A DNA stretch of 64,000 nt from Felis catus (taxonomy: Eukaryota), in the NCBI RefSeq assembly GCF_018350175.1, contig NC_058368.1:13268001-13332000 (forward strand), written 5' to 3'. The position numbers were made by a program, and so were the translations under genes. Shown piece by piece: positions 49,789-62,863 of the stretch; the first letter of the stretch is position 1; each line of letters starts with the position of its first letter. Under the pieces are notes generated by a model that made no database searches, had not been told where the DNA came from, and saw only the letters and a list, made by a program, of their open reading frames with translations.

Positions 49789-51421
49789 CCACAAGAGGAT
49801 ATAAAAGTTAGACTTCTGTGTGTTGAGAAACAAAAAAGACATAGGTCAGCTATGTGTTGGAACCTGGGCAAATGTCCCATTCAAGCAGAAGATACATCTA
49901 GGTACATCTGAGAGGGAAAGCATTGGTTTATTTTTTATTAACATTATTCATTCCACCTAACTAAAAAGAACAATTCCCATATTTGTCTAAAACTGTGGCT
50001 TACCATCTCTCTAGAACTTAGAGTTTTGTAACCTTAATTTTGCTCCAGTTAACCCCATGATGGGTATGGGAAACCCTAACCCAACACTGTGACCTGGCCA
50101 GTTCCACCTCTCATGTTAGCTCCACCTGCACAAAGAACAGGACTTTCAAGGCCATGGCACTGTTTATTCTATTTGACTCTTTGCTCAGAATCAGAAAAGC
50201 ATCACCTTTGTTCGATTTGTCACCTTTGCTCCTTCCTCTCCCCTCCCTTCCTTCACCCCATCAATTTTTGCTTTGTTTAGTACTAACAATGTCAATTTGT
50301 ATTGGCTCATGGATTTGAAGATAATAGTAGGCAACACACGTAAATTGTCTCCTTTGTGGTTCTACCCAGCTTAAGAGGTGCCAACCCACAGGTCACTGAA
50401 ATTGATCTCTGGCCATAGACCTGACGTTTGAGTCTAGATCCAAGCTGGTCCAGATCCTGGCTTTGCCATAGGAAGCAGTGCTAACAAGTGTGGAGCTATC
50501 TAGGCTGCCCTGCCCTAAGCTGCGAATGAAAATGGGGTTAAAAATCAAAATGGAAAAAGAAAAATACATCTCCACAGATTTCAGCCTAGGTTATAGCTGA
50601 ATAGTCATTTATATAATGAATAGCTGTTTTACAGTAATAAGAATTAAAGCATGTTAAAACATAAGTAGCTGGGAAAAGCAGAATTTCACCCTTATTAGCC
50701 ATTAATGCATTAACATGAGTTAGTTTGTCAAATTATCAAGTTAGTCATTTAGTTAGGGTAGAGAAAGAGAAACTAAGAAAGAACAAAAAGCTAATCTCAT
50801 CATTTTATAGTTATGCCTAAGGATGTCCTTGGATTGCACAGTGTTGGGCAGCTTCCCATTGAATTCTACCCTCTTATGCTGCGGCCTAAAGATGTCCAAA
50901 GGTCATCCACCCCTCAGGGCCCAGATGATAGGCCTCTCAAGGATCACCTGCCCCCTCACTAAATAGAGACAATCTGTCTTTAGAAATCCTAGGAGACATC
51001 ATTTTCATCTCTCTCATGACATTTATACCCATCTACTTTGCATGATGATTATTTGTTATATTGTTTCTTTATGTGCATCACTATTTGCATATACGAGCTG
51101 TTATCTGTTTGTGTGCATTATGTGCCCTGAGAGAATAAGCACCAGGTACAGAGTCTGCATGTGATCCTCCTTCGTCTTCATAATGTCTCGAGCAGTCCTT
51201 TCATAAATGTGTGCTCAAAATATATTTATTGATTGACTAAATAAATTATATCTGAGAGCTCTACTCACATGTCAATTTTAATTTCCTTGGCTTTATTTCT
51301 TTTATGAGTTTTTTAGCAGTCCACTTGAAAGTCATACTCTAAAGGTGGTTTAGATTGTGGGCAGAGCAAATAGAAAGATTATAAATTTTCTTTCCCGTTC
51401 ATTTCAAATTGTGATGTGTGA

Positions 51422-51426
<5 letters not shown>

Positions 51427-51454
<28 letters not shown>
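51427..51454. repeat. (CA)n microsatellite
   Basis: Direct run. Confidence 0.95.
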
Positions 51455-51455
<1 letters not shown>

Positions 51456-54432
51456 TATGAAGTCAAAAAAAGTTGAAAATGATCTTGGCTTGCTTTTCTT
51501 CATTTCTGAACACCTGTGTTAATATTTATTCATGAAACAAAGGCAGCAGGTGAAAATTCACATAACACCCTCTGCATACACACCAACTCACAGTGCAGAC
51601 TGGGTATTCCAAACTCCACATCTGTACTGCCTTTCGGGAAAAGCATACGTGTCTCTCCCCAGTCATGAGACGGGTTGTGCTTTTCCTTTCTTTCTGTATT
51701 ATAGTCTGTGGCTTCTGCAGGGTGGGAACCGGTAAAATTCAGGAAGGGACTCTCCTGTTGAATGATGAGAATATTTGCCCGTGTTAACTCTGAGAGAAAA
51801 ATCCTCAGATCCTTTATGGGATCAATATTTTTATTTCATTATTACTCAGGGGTTCTAAAGAATTTTATTCACCCTGTGTAGCATTTATTTTGCAATTCTG
51901 GTTCATCTGGAATCTGTTTTTAATGCAGTCTATGTCTCTCGGCTCACACCCCAAGGCAAACAGCAATGTCGTTCTGAGGGTGTAAATGCTCCCCCAGGCC
52001 CTAATCCCTTCTGTGTAATGGGGCATTTGTTTCTCTTCAGTGAACAGTAAACCTGTAATTCCCTTTAATCCTGAGTGAGGTTGAGAGAGCAAGGATTTCA
52101 GTTATTCACTCTCCCACCTACCTTCTATAGGCCTTTCATTGTCACAGAGGACCCTTCAGAATTCTCACAGATCCCAGAGTATCTGTCTAGGTAGTCCCTA
52201 AAACGATGCTCCAAATAGAGGTCAGAGTCCAGGTCAATTGCATCATCTAGGAACTTCTGAACAGAGATTGGATTTGACCTGGAATCTCTGACTGGGTGCC
52301 ACCTGATCCCACTTGAGCCAATCCCAAAGCATTTAGTGTTTGAAGTGATTAAATAAGTATGAATACAATGAAACATATAGATACAGGTATGCATATAATA
52401 AATATTTATGGAGGGAAAGTTTCTCTGGTGAAATGTCTTCCCTTACTCTAAGCTGAGGTAGAGGTCCTAATGTAATGAAACATGTAAATCTACCAGCAGA
52501 TGAGAAGGATTTGTTAGAATGTGGCAATAGTGGGGGAGAGGGGGAGAAGAGAAAGAAAAAAAAGGAAAAAACCAATTTCTTAAAGGCCCTTTGCCCTTGG
52601 CAAACTTTATAAGCAAAATGTCACTCTGCTTTGAAATAACATTTCTAGACCAAACACATTTTTAGAAGTCTGTTCCAAGCAGGTTTTAACTCAGTGCTAA
52701 GGAATTTTAAATCCTAGAATAATCCAAATTTTCCATTCCTTGGAAGCCAAGAGACTTAGGTATTTGGGAATCATGTGGTTTCCTTTTCTAGTCAATCAAA
52801 TAAAGGCCTGTGTGTGACTTTTGATTTGATTCCTGCACAAATTTTGCCCTTCTGATTGTGATTCTTGAGGAACTAAATAATGTGTGAAATTTCCTCCCTA
52901 GTGACTTTACGTTATAGATCCAAATAATTCTTCCCTTGGGTTCTTTAATGCAGCAAGTGCTCCATTCTACTCAGAAGGTGATTCTTTGAGAGTAAAATTT
53001 TAGTTCAAAGTAATTCATTAGCAATGCCAGGGAAGGATTAAGAGGAAAATTTATTTTATCAATAATAAATTGCTCTCTTTTGCTTTTATAGATATGAATT
53101 AAATACTTATTGGTTGTAACTACTAAAATTTAATTTTAGCAAAGTACAATTCACAGATTGAGACAAGGAGTTATTATAACTGGAGAAGATGACAGAGCTT
53201 GGTTTCAGACTGATCTTTCTAATTTCCTGCTCTAACTACTGATTGATTTCTCTTGGCACAGAACTAGACATGCAAGAAATTTCTACTCGGGTGTTAATTA
53301 GGATCTTTACCTTGAGTACACTTCTGAAAGTGTTTGTACCTAGCCCTTTCCTAATAGAAAATGTCTGAAAAATTTTAAGCACATGAAGGAGGGAAGGTGG
53401 GAAAGAGGATCTATAGACAAATGTACAAGTGTAGGAGAAGATACTATGGATAATTAGGAACGAGGTGTCCTTGAACAGATCAAAGACAGGAGTTGGGGTG
53501 TAAAAAGAAAAGAGAGGTTGTTTCCAGTCCAAAATGAGAATCTGAACTTGTGATTTAATTACCTTGTTCTTACAAATGCCACCTGAGAGCCAAAATAATA
53601 GAAGAGGGAAGATATGCAAATGGGCCTGGCAACAATGGAAGAGGGCTTCCTACACTCAGAGAGGTTGAGGAATTCATTCAACATGTGGTGAAGGAAAGAC
53701 AGAAGTGAGAAAAGAACCAACAGGCTGGCAATTTAATGCCTGCAAAGGAAATGACCTGGGTGTGGTGAAGGGAATCTTAGCCAAACTGTCCTAACAACTT
53801 TTGGTTGGAACAAAATGAACTGGAGAAAAGAATGAAAAAAGGATAATATGAATTGGCACATTTTGATCCTAAAAGAGAAGACTGAGGAATGTGTTGGATG
53901 CTGAATCCCACCAGGAAATGGGCTGGACACAGGTGTCAGTGTTTTATAGCTATTAACTCAGTCATCACAGCACACCTGCCATGTGGGCACTTTAATTATC
54001 CATCTTTAAAGATGAGAAGAAACTGAGTCATAGAGATGTTAAATTATGATAGGCGATCAGGAGATAACCAAATATAATTAGAACTTAACAGACCTCTATA
54101 TATTAATGGTTTTCCTTTAATTAGCACCCTATTAGGAGATATCACAGGGAAGGAATGTCTTAACAATAACAATAGAGATATAAAAGATGCTAGAATAAAC
54201 TAATGAGTAGGATGTATAACGAAAGCATAAAGAAGTACATAAAGAAACCTGTGAGTAAGTAGAGGAATAACACATTCCTGACATCAGGAATTTTTGACAA
54301 TATTGTGACAATATCTGTTTCTTGTACTGAGTCTGTAAATTATTATTAATCAATATCTGATTAGGATTTTGAGGGGGGGAGATAGTATATAATTAGAGTA
54401 TTTATTTTTATTTTATTTTATTTATTTTTTTT

Positions 54433-54652
54433 ATTAAAAAATTTTTTTTCAACGTTTATTTATTTTTGGGACAGAGAGAGACAGAGCATGAACGGGGGAG
54501 GGGCAGAGAGAGAGGGAGACACAGAATCGGAAACAGGCTCCAGGCTCTGAGCCATCAGCCCAGAGCCTGACGCAGGGCTCGAACTCACGGACCGCGAGAT
54601 CGTGACCTGGCTGAAGTCGGACGCTTAGCCGACTGCGCCACCCAGGCGCCCC
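54433..54652 (-). mobile_element. Young feline SINEC_Fc copy in a (TATTT)n tract
   Basis: Near-consensus CpG-rich body (gaccgcgagatcgtgacctggctgaagtcggacgc...gactgcgccacccaggcgcccc). Confidence 0.98.
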
Positions 54653-54659
54653 TATTTTT

Positions 54660-55110
54660 ATTTTATTTTTAACTAAAGGAATAATGCACAAATATATAAT
54701 CCCATGGTTAAAAAATCATTTGTTATAGGGATTGGCATTACTCTAGTCATCACACAGTCATTCTCTTCTTGCCAAAGGTAACCACAAAAACACTGTGAAT
54801 CCTTCCAGACCATTTTCTATGCTCATGAAGATGATAGATGGCAGGCAGGTAGGTAGGGAGATAGATAGATAGATGATAGATTTATGTTATGCATTTTCTC
54901 TTTTTTTCATAAATAGTTTTATGCTGTACATATTTTATGATCACTTGATATTTTTACTTAATACTATATCTTGGCAATGTTTCCATTTTGGTGTAGAAAA
55001 CTCTTTCAATCTTTTAAATGTTTGTAGTATATTCTATGGTAAGGATGTAATGAGCTGTTTTGTTTGTTTTTGTTTTTTCTGGTTTTGATCATTTCCCTAT
55101 TGATAGGAAG
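54660..55110 (-). mobile_element. Ancient L1ME-like 3' fragment
   Basis: tccttccagaccattttctatgc...tcacttgatatttttacttaatactatatcttgg...tgtagtatattctatgg. Confidence 0.65.
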
Positions 55111-55264
55111 TGATGATGAGAGAGTGGGTGATTCTGAAAATAAGATTTTGGAGGTGCTACCATTATTGGTAATGACAAAATCTAGATTGTAGCTGAAAAT
55201 GGGTAGCTAAGTTAGAATGGAACACCAAGTGAGGAAAAATAAGGCGTTAAAAATTGGAAGTGTA

Positions 55265-55486
55265 GGGGCGCCTGGGTGGCGCAGTTGGTTAAGCGTCTGA
55301 CTTCAGCTCAGGTCATGATCTCACAATTTGTGAGTTTGAGTCCCGTGTCGGGCTCTGTGCTGACATCTCAGAGGCTGGGGCCTGCTTCAGATTCTGTGTC
55401 TCCCTCTCCCTCTGTTCCTCCCCTGATCATGCTCTGTCTCTCTCTCTCTCAAAAATAAAGATTAAAAAATTAAAAAAAAAACAAAA
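55265..55486 (+). mobile_element. Can-SINE (feline type)
   Basis: ggggcgcctgggtggcgcagttggttaagcg; TSD gaagtgta(g). Confidence 0.96.
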
Positions 55487-55749
55487 CGAAGTGTAGATGG
55501 ATCATCCATGTGGGTATTGAAACCTTCAAGAATGTGGAGAGGTGGAGTGACAGAAAGACAGTATTCGAGGGGCCAAAATCTTCACTGATTGAGGAAGAGT
55601 GGCTTGAGAATATTTGACGACTGTATCCAGGAAGTGGTATAGGTATTGGTAGGCAGTAGAATGTGAATATATGGGCTTCCAAATAGCTGGGCTTTGTCTT
55701 AGGAAGGCGGTATGAGAAGGGTTAAAAATTTGCTGAAGGAGTTGGAGGT

Positions 55750-56500
55750 ATTTATATCTGACAGGAATGAAAGCTTGGGTATGGAAATACTATTCATATT
55801 TTATGCTACTTGGTACTATTTGATTTCTTAACCATATAGTTCTATTACTTTGATGAAAGTAAAATTAATTAAAATAAACTAAACATAAAAATTACATCAT
55901 TAGAGAAAAGATGTATTTGTCAACAAGGCATCATGATAATATCAGAATGTAAAATACTCATGGATTATTCAGCAAATAGTGTTAGAATAAATGGCAAACC
56001 ACTGAAGGAAACAAAGTTAGATATTTACTTCAGATCAACTTCCAAAGATCATTTCACATTGGCAAAGATATAAACATAAGAGCAAAACTACTAGGGGCAA
56101 ATATAGCTAAATATTGACACAGTTTTGGAGTGAAAAGGCCTTCTTCCACTTACTGTAGGAAGGAACTCAAAAGAAAATAAAAATTGAAAAACAAATAATA
56201 AAGCGAGGAAATCTCTTTGCGACATAGGACACATAAATGCTATTTGTAGATTAAGGATTGTTATAAATTAACAAGAAAAAACAGTAAAGCATATGAAAAG
56301 ACAATTAATTCATAGAGGCGGAAACGGGGATAACAATAAGCATATATTAAAGAATTCAATCTCATTAGGATTCAAAAAATATACCAATTAAAACCAATAT
56401 ATGCTATAATTTTTATCTATAAAATTTTCAATATGTTTTCAAATAATATTTTTCTGTGCTGGTAAGTACACAAAAATAGACAGCTTTATGTATTTCTGAT
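55750..56500 (+). mobile_element. Ancient L1ME-like fragments
   Basis: ggattattcagcaaatagtgttagaataaatggc...aagcatatgaaaagacaatt...aataagcatatattaaagaattcaatctcatt. Confidence 0.55.
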
Positions 56501-56911
56501 CATAATAATAGGCAGACTAAAAAGTGAATGGGCCATTTGGAGCCCATTTTCCAAGTATTTTGTACTTTGGAGCCTATTTTCCAAGTACTTTTGTTTATTG
56601 GATGAATTAATTAATTAGAGTATTTTTAAAGAATGAGGATAGAAAAATTAATTTGAGTGTTGTAAAAATTAATTTGTAACAAACCCATTGTATGAATGGG
56701 TGTATAACATTCTGGATACTATTTGTGTAATCATTGTTATGAAGAGAAGATGATTTTCTTACCCTCTGGAACTCCTCTTAGGGGAAGTGTAGTTTTTTTA
56801 ATTATTTTATTTTATTTTATTTTATTTTATTTTATTCAAACACTTCTATAACTTGACACAAAGTATGATTACCAAGCTCATCTGATGAGGCATTTTGTCA
56901 TTTTTGATTCT

Positions 56912-57084
56912 ATTTTTTAATGTTTATTTATTTTTGAGAGAGAGGGAGAGACAGTGCAAGCAGGAGGGGCAGAAAGAGACGGAGACAGAGGATCTGAAGT
57001 GAGAGAGCCCAGGGCGGGGCTGAAGCTCCCGAACCCATGAGATGAGGCTTGGATGCTTAACCAACTGAGCCACCCAGGCACCCC
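56912..57084 (-). mobile_element. Can-SINE with internal deletions
   Basis: Shortened SINEC body; TSD tgtcattttt(g/a)attct. Confidence 0.93.
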
Positions 57085-57660
57085 TGTCATTTTTAATTCT
57101 GAAGGGAACAACAAGCATACAAAAAGTGAGATAGAAATAAAGAGGAATTGGAAAGTGATTGGAGTCTGAGAGAGCCCTGCTAGGATCAACCAAATTCATG
57201 GAATGAGTAACCTGAGAATATTTTTGTGAAAGTAAGGAACTGTGCTTAACATGAGATGACAGAGGAACACAATATGTGGATATAGGATCTGGGGGCAGGA
57301 GGACTGAGGACCCGAGCTCCTGGGAATTTCCAGAAATTGTGGGAAAGGGTTTTGGATTTTAGAGTTTCCAGATAATTATCCGGTTTTCCGATGTCATCAC
57401 AACTCAGATGGAGTTTTAAAATCTTAATATTTTTATAATTCCCACTTTTCTTTTCATATGCACATTTTTTGGTATTAAGTTATAATACCTTTTATGTTGA
57501 AAAGTACAAGCCATAAAGGGGTGGGGTGGTGGGAAATAGTAAATATTTCCTGCAGGGCATTTTACAAACTACTTACATTACTACTACTTTTCTATTTTTC
57601 AATGTAAAAATCTAATTTGGCACCCTATGTTTACTTCCATTTTTAAGAAATTTCTTAAAT

Positions 57661-57876
57661 TTATTTTTTTTTTTACATTTTTTTAATGTTTATTTTTGAG
57701 AGAGACAGAGCATGAGTGGGGGAGGGCAGAGAGAGAGGGAGACACAGAATCCAAAGCAGGCTCCAGGCTCCGAGCTGTCGGCACACAGCCCGACATAGAA
57801 CTTGAACCCATGAGTGTTGAGATCCTGACCTGAGCTGAAGTCGGACACTTAACCGACTGAGACACCCAGGTGACCC
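57661..57876 (-). mobile_element. Can-SINE (feline type)
   Basis: SINEC body; TSD aag(a/c)aatttcttaaat. Confidence 0.96.
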
Positions 57877-58956
57877 AAGCAATTTCTTAAATATCTTAAT
57901 TCTTACTGTTTCACTGTATTTAACACTTGGCCTATTGGCTTATTGGTAGCGGTGGTTTGTTTTATTTTCGCAAACTGAATCCTGGGTCCTACCACTTAAT
58001 ACTTGCAATTGGATGCGTAAGTGGCCTCAGACTGTGGGGGAGGAGTGGAGGCTTTCTTTGCCTTTGACAAGCTGCAATTAGCTATCACCCCCACACCAGT
58101 TGATTACTTCATAAAGATGTAAGCCCTGAGGTTAGATACCACTCACTTGGGAATGATTAACAATATGGATGATCAATTACTTCATTCATTGATGGGATTT
58201 GAGAAACACCATTTGGTTTCCCATAGGTTAATTCAGGCCTTTGATTCTTAAAATCCTTCATGGTTAGTTTGGAAATTAATCAAACTTCAAGGTCAGTTTC
58301 TGCTTATCTTTGCTGGTGTAATAGATTATTTGATGACTTGAAGACGATCAAACCTAAAAATACTTATAAAAGCTAGGGGAATAGAAGAAGATTATAATGG
58401 CAATGAAGGTACAGTTTCTGCAGAAATAAATAAAAGGCACAGTCATACATTTTTGATAAGAAAACAAATTTTAAAAAAATTAAAGAAAAAGAATGACTAT
58501 CAGAAAAAATATTTAAAAGGAGCCAAGCCTGACTTGGTGGGGTAGTTTCCTCAAGAAGAGACTTGTCTCACTAATGTTTATAAATTAGAGTGTGCTCCTC
58601 CCTTTTGTTTTCAAGGCCATAGTCAATGCCGATAAGGGTCCTAAGCTTCCACACAGAATCATGAGCACCTAGAGACCTTAGGGTGTCTCCTTCCTTTCTG
58701 AGGCCAGAGTCCCTGTGAGCTCATAGGAGATGACAAGCAGTATCTGCTGAGTGAGCCTCAGGAGGGAGCCTCTCACTTCTTGTATCTCGCCTTTACCTCC
58801 TGTACATGTGAAACCAGTTGCTACTCCTGCAGCAAGAAGGCCAACTTCATGGGTTTCTAACAAATACCTTTTCCTAGTCTCTAACATTTGTCATCCTTAT
58901 TCCAGAGTGTTTTATATGATTTCACCTCAGGTTGTACTGATAATCTGAGTAAAATA

Positions 58957-59120
58957 GGCTGCCCGGGTGGCTCAGTGGTTAAGCATGGGACCCTTGGTTT
59001 CCGCTCAGGTCATGATCTCGCGGTTCATGAGTTCAAGACCCGCGTCAGGCTCTGTGCTGACAGCTCAGAACCTGGAGCCTGCTTCAGATTCTGTGTCTCC
59101 CTCTCCCTCTGCTCCTCCCC

Positions 59121-59162
<42 letters not shown>

Positions 59163-59194
59163 AATAAATAAACATTAGAAAAAAAATTTTTTTT
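58957..59194 (+). mobile_element. Can-SINE (feline type), no evident TSD
   Basis: SINEC body with long (CT)n and A tail. Confidence 0.95.
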
Positions 59195-59563
59195 AAAGCT
59201 GAAACCTGAAGGACAAAAAAAAAAGAGCTAGCCACATTATTCTAACCTATTTCCTCAGCAAAACACTTGAAAAAAATAAAATCATTAGTGGACTGTTTTT
59301 CAAAACCAAGTAAAACAGACTTGCTTTGGTAGAAGCTGTTGAGGCTTCAGCTCTGCTCCCTCAGCCTCTCTCTTAACCATCCTCTATCCCCAAAGAGACC
59401 TCATTCTTGGGCCTCCCCCTGGTGCCAGGACGAGCCTTGCCTCAAAAAAGAATCCAAGGCTCTGTGGAACATAGTTTGAAAACCACTGCGCAAAGTAGAG
59501 CCAATGTGCAATTGTTTCGTGTTGTCTTCCCCTGTGAATCACACATAAAAATATGTATCTTTT

Positions 59564-59805
59564 GGGGCGCCTGGGTGGCTCAGTGGGTTAAGTGTCTGAC
59601 TCTTTTGCTTTCTGCTCAGGTCACGATCTCGTGGTGGTGAGTTAGAGCCCCGCTCTGAGCTCTGTGCTGACAGCGCAAAGCCTGCTTGGGATTTTCTGTC
59701 TCCCTTTCTCTTCCTCTTCCTCTGCTCCTCTCCCACTCATGCGTATGCATGCTCACGTGCTCTCTCTCTCTCTCTCTCAAAATAAATAAATAAACATTTA
59801 AAAAT
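59564..59805 (+). mobile_element. Can-SINE
   Basis: SINEC body; TSD atatgtatctttt. Confidence 0.95.
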
Positions 59806-61192
59806 ATATATGTATCTTTTACTTGTGGTTGAGCCTGTGTTCAGCTCTGACATATATTTGAAACTTTCCCCTCTATGTCCTAAATTTTGGATACTCAAAC
59901 CTCCATAAACCGTGTGTCTGCTCTTTGTCTAAAGCTTTGGTGATCTACGCTCTCGCTAGCAGGCTGTGCACACTTGAATTAACATTAGATCATTCATGAT
60001 AATAATGAATGTCTCATAGGTGTATTTAATGATAGTTAGCCTTGATTAAATACTGAGGAGCTAAGCATTCCACTTGGGCATCTCGTGTCAAGACGGCTTC
60101 CAGTACCTGTCCCTTTGTTCATTCATTTCTATTCTGTACTGCATGGGATAAACACAGGCGTTTTCTCCTTTTGAGCAGTCAACATATTTTTTTTTCTTAT
60201 TTCAATTCCATTGAAATAATTCAAAGAATGAACTCCTTCAAAGAAGCAAAGTACTTAATTAAGGCTGCTTGTAGTTGTTGTTGTTAGTCATGCAGGGGTA
60301 TCCAAGCATAATTGAGAAAATAATTTAATCCAATCACTCTCACTATGGTGTGGGAAGCAGCATTTGCTTCTGTGAAATATCTAGCCATTTATTGTGCTGC
60401 CATTTAAATACTGACCTGTAGGACAGACTTCCAGATTTTTCTTATACAATCAAGTCAAACTATATTTCATTTGTACTGAAAAATTTTGAAAGTCATGAAT
60501 GATTCAAAGTCCATCAACAGCAAGATAACTAAGGATGCACAAATTTTCTCTTCAGGATCACTGAAATTTAAATAAGACAGAGTACTTTGGTAAACCTATT
60601 ATATAAAGATCATAAAAGCATCATCTTTCAAATGTCATAAAGAGCTAATGTTCCCCCGGCAAAATCCAAATAAATGTAAGCTATTTCCAGCCTTGATCTG
60701 TGCTTTAACTTTACCAGAGCTCCATTTTAACAGCCTGTGCCTAGCATTTTAAGGTCCGAGTCGCAAGTCACTATATCAAACATGCAACATAAAAGAGAAT
60801 GCAGTGAATGAATACTATTCCACTTGATAAATACTCAAGGTCAGGTAGACTGGGGAAGGGAAAATGAGGTTGATAGAGAGCAATGGAAAAAAAACAACAA
60901 CACAGATTTTCAAGAAGCAGAAGATGCCAGGAATATAGATTTATCCCAGCTCATCTCTTATGTCATGTCTACCCTAGTCAATTAAACTCAACAATTACAG
61001 GGAAGACAGTGTCCGAGTTCCCATCCTGACTTCACTATTGAAAAGTTCTGTAACCTTGGGAAAATTTTTGTCATTTCTTCAAGTCTCTTTTTTATCATCT
61101 ATAAAATGGGAATTAGACGATATATTTCATGCATTTTTGTAAGAATCACATCACATAGTCCGACATAAAGCACTTAACACCAAAAAATAAAC

Positions 61193-61407
61193 TTTTTTTA
61201 AAATGTTTATTTATTTTGAGAGAGATAGATAGAGAGAGAGAGAATGATCAGGGGAGGAGAGGAGAGAGAGGGAAAGAGAATCCCAAACAGGCTCCACACT
61301 GTCAGCACAGAGCCTGATGTGGGGCTCGAACTCACAGACAGTGAGATCACCACCTGAGCCAAAATCAAGAGTCAGATGCTTAACTGACTGAGCCACCCAG
61401 GTGCCCC
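61193..61407 (-). mobile_element. Can-SINE adjoining or inside a MIR (~60990-61190)
   Basis: SINEC body on - strand; MIR core tgtaaccttgggaaaa...tcatctataaaatgggaa immediately upstream. Confidence 0.94.
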
Positions 61408-62282
61408 ACAAAACAAACTATCTTAATAAATTTTATTATTATGAAACAAATAATAATTGAGGGTTGTCACATGCCAGACACCAAGAGAGCTGCTAGAGAC
61501 ATAAATATAGGTTAAAAAAAAAAAAAAGAGTCTATGTTTTTCAAAGGGATAATAATTTCAAAGCATCTGGACCAGAACAGAGTAGGGAAAGTGAACAGAG
61601 ATGTCTAACCTGTGCTGAAGGCCTCTTGGGAGATCTGTGCCCTTCCTACCCTCCAGGGGTCTAGGAGGCTAGAATCCCCCAATGTTTCCAGTGACTGGTA
61701 GATGGGAACCACTCCTACTTGAGCTTCAGTTGCTACAGAAATGACCTAGCATTTCTGGTCACTGGAATCATTCTCTTCCCTGTCAAGGCTGCTGAACCTT
61801 TTACCTGGAGTGTCTTGTTCTCTAGACAAGCTTTGGTAGGGGTAGAACCTCACAAGGAACAAATTCTGCACTTTTGCATGGCCTGGGTGTGTTGAGTAGA
61901 TGTGGAAGACAAACTGACACAAGGATGTGGGAGCAGCTTTTCTCTTCTTCCTGTTTATTTGTTTCCATTTCCTTCCAAGAAGGGTATTTCATAGACTGAA
62001 AACCTTGGGCCACTCCGGTGGTCCTTACAAGATGGTTTTGAGCAGCTGGAGGGTGGGGGGGATCTCAGAGCTTGGCTTGCACTTCACAGGATAGAGTTAA
62101 CATTTCATGGATAATATGCAGTAATTCTATAGTATGAAAAATCTATGACTTGAATAGATCTGAAACTTAATTAATGCCATTCAAAATGTTTTTTGAACAA
62201 AAGTCTACAATGTGTAAAACAAACAAACAAACAAAAACCAATTCTCCACTACCTTCTGAAGAAGAGCCCACCCAATAAAGTT

Positions 62283-62313
<31 letters not shown>

Positions 62314-62356
62314 ACTGCCTGGGCTACGTTGTTACATATTTTGACTCCTCTCTCTC

Positions 62357-62542
62357 TTTTTAAGTTTATTTATTTATTTTGAAAGAGAGAGAGTAGGGGA
62401 GGGTCAGAGAGAGGGAGAGAGAGAATCCCAAGCAAGCTTCTCACAATCACTGTGGAACCCAATTTGGGGCTTGAAATCATGAACCATGACTTAAGCGGAA
62501 ATACAGCCAGACACTTAGCCGACTGAGCCACCTAGGTGTCCC
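62357..62542 (-). mobile_element. Can-SINE (older)
   Basis: SINEC body; TSD ttgact(c/t)ctct. Confidence 0.92.
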
Positions 62543-62863
62543 TGTTGACTTCTCTTAAGAAAAGATTCATAAAAAATGATTTAAATAAGTTTGATTAAGC
62601 AAATGGGAGGTGACTGAGTGGTGACCAAAGGTCTCCCACCTTTCCCTTTCAGTATCATACTGCCCTATAAAACCCAGCAGTCTGCAGATTCTCCCGAGGG
62701 CTTCCTCTCTCCTGCTCATTTCTGGCTTTGCCCTGGGCTCCTGCAGGACACGGGAGCTCACTCACACCTGACCTCTCACAGATTTCCCCTTTCTCTTTTT
62801 TATGCCAGTGGAGACATGGAAATCAGCCCTTTCCTTGTTTCCACTAACAAATTATTCACCCCA

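Noticed and set aside
52125..52394. 89-aa minus-strand ORF with a protein-like acidic stretch (QKFLDDAIDLDSDLYLE)
   Set aside because: No recognisable family, no convincing flanking splice sites, and a low-complexity AT-rich start
53490..53690. Possible additional L3/CR1 3' fragment (also ~58040-58350 and ~61690-61750)
   Set aside because: Similarity is too faint to support by eye; needs a Dfam HMM search
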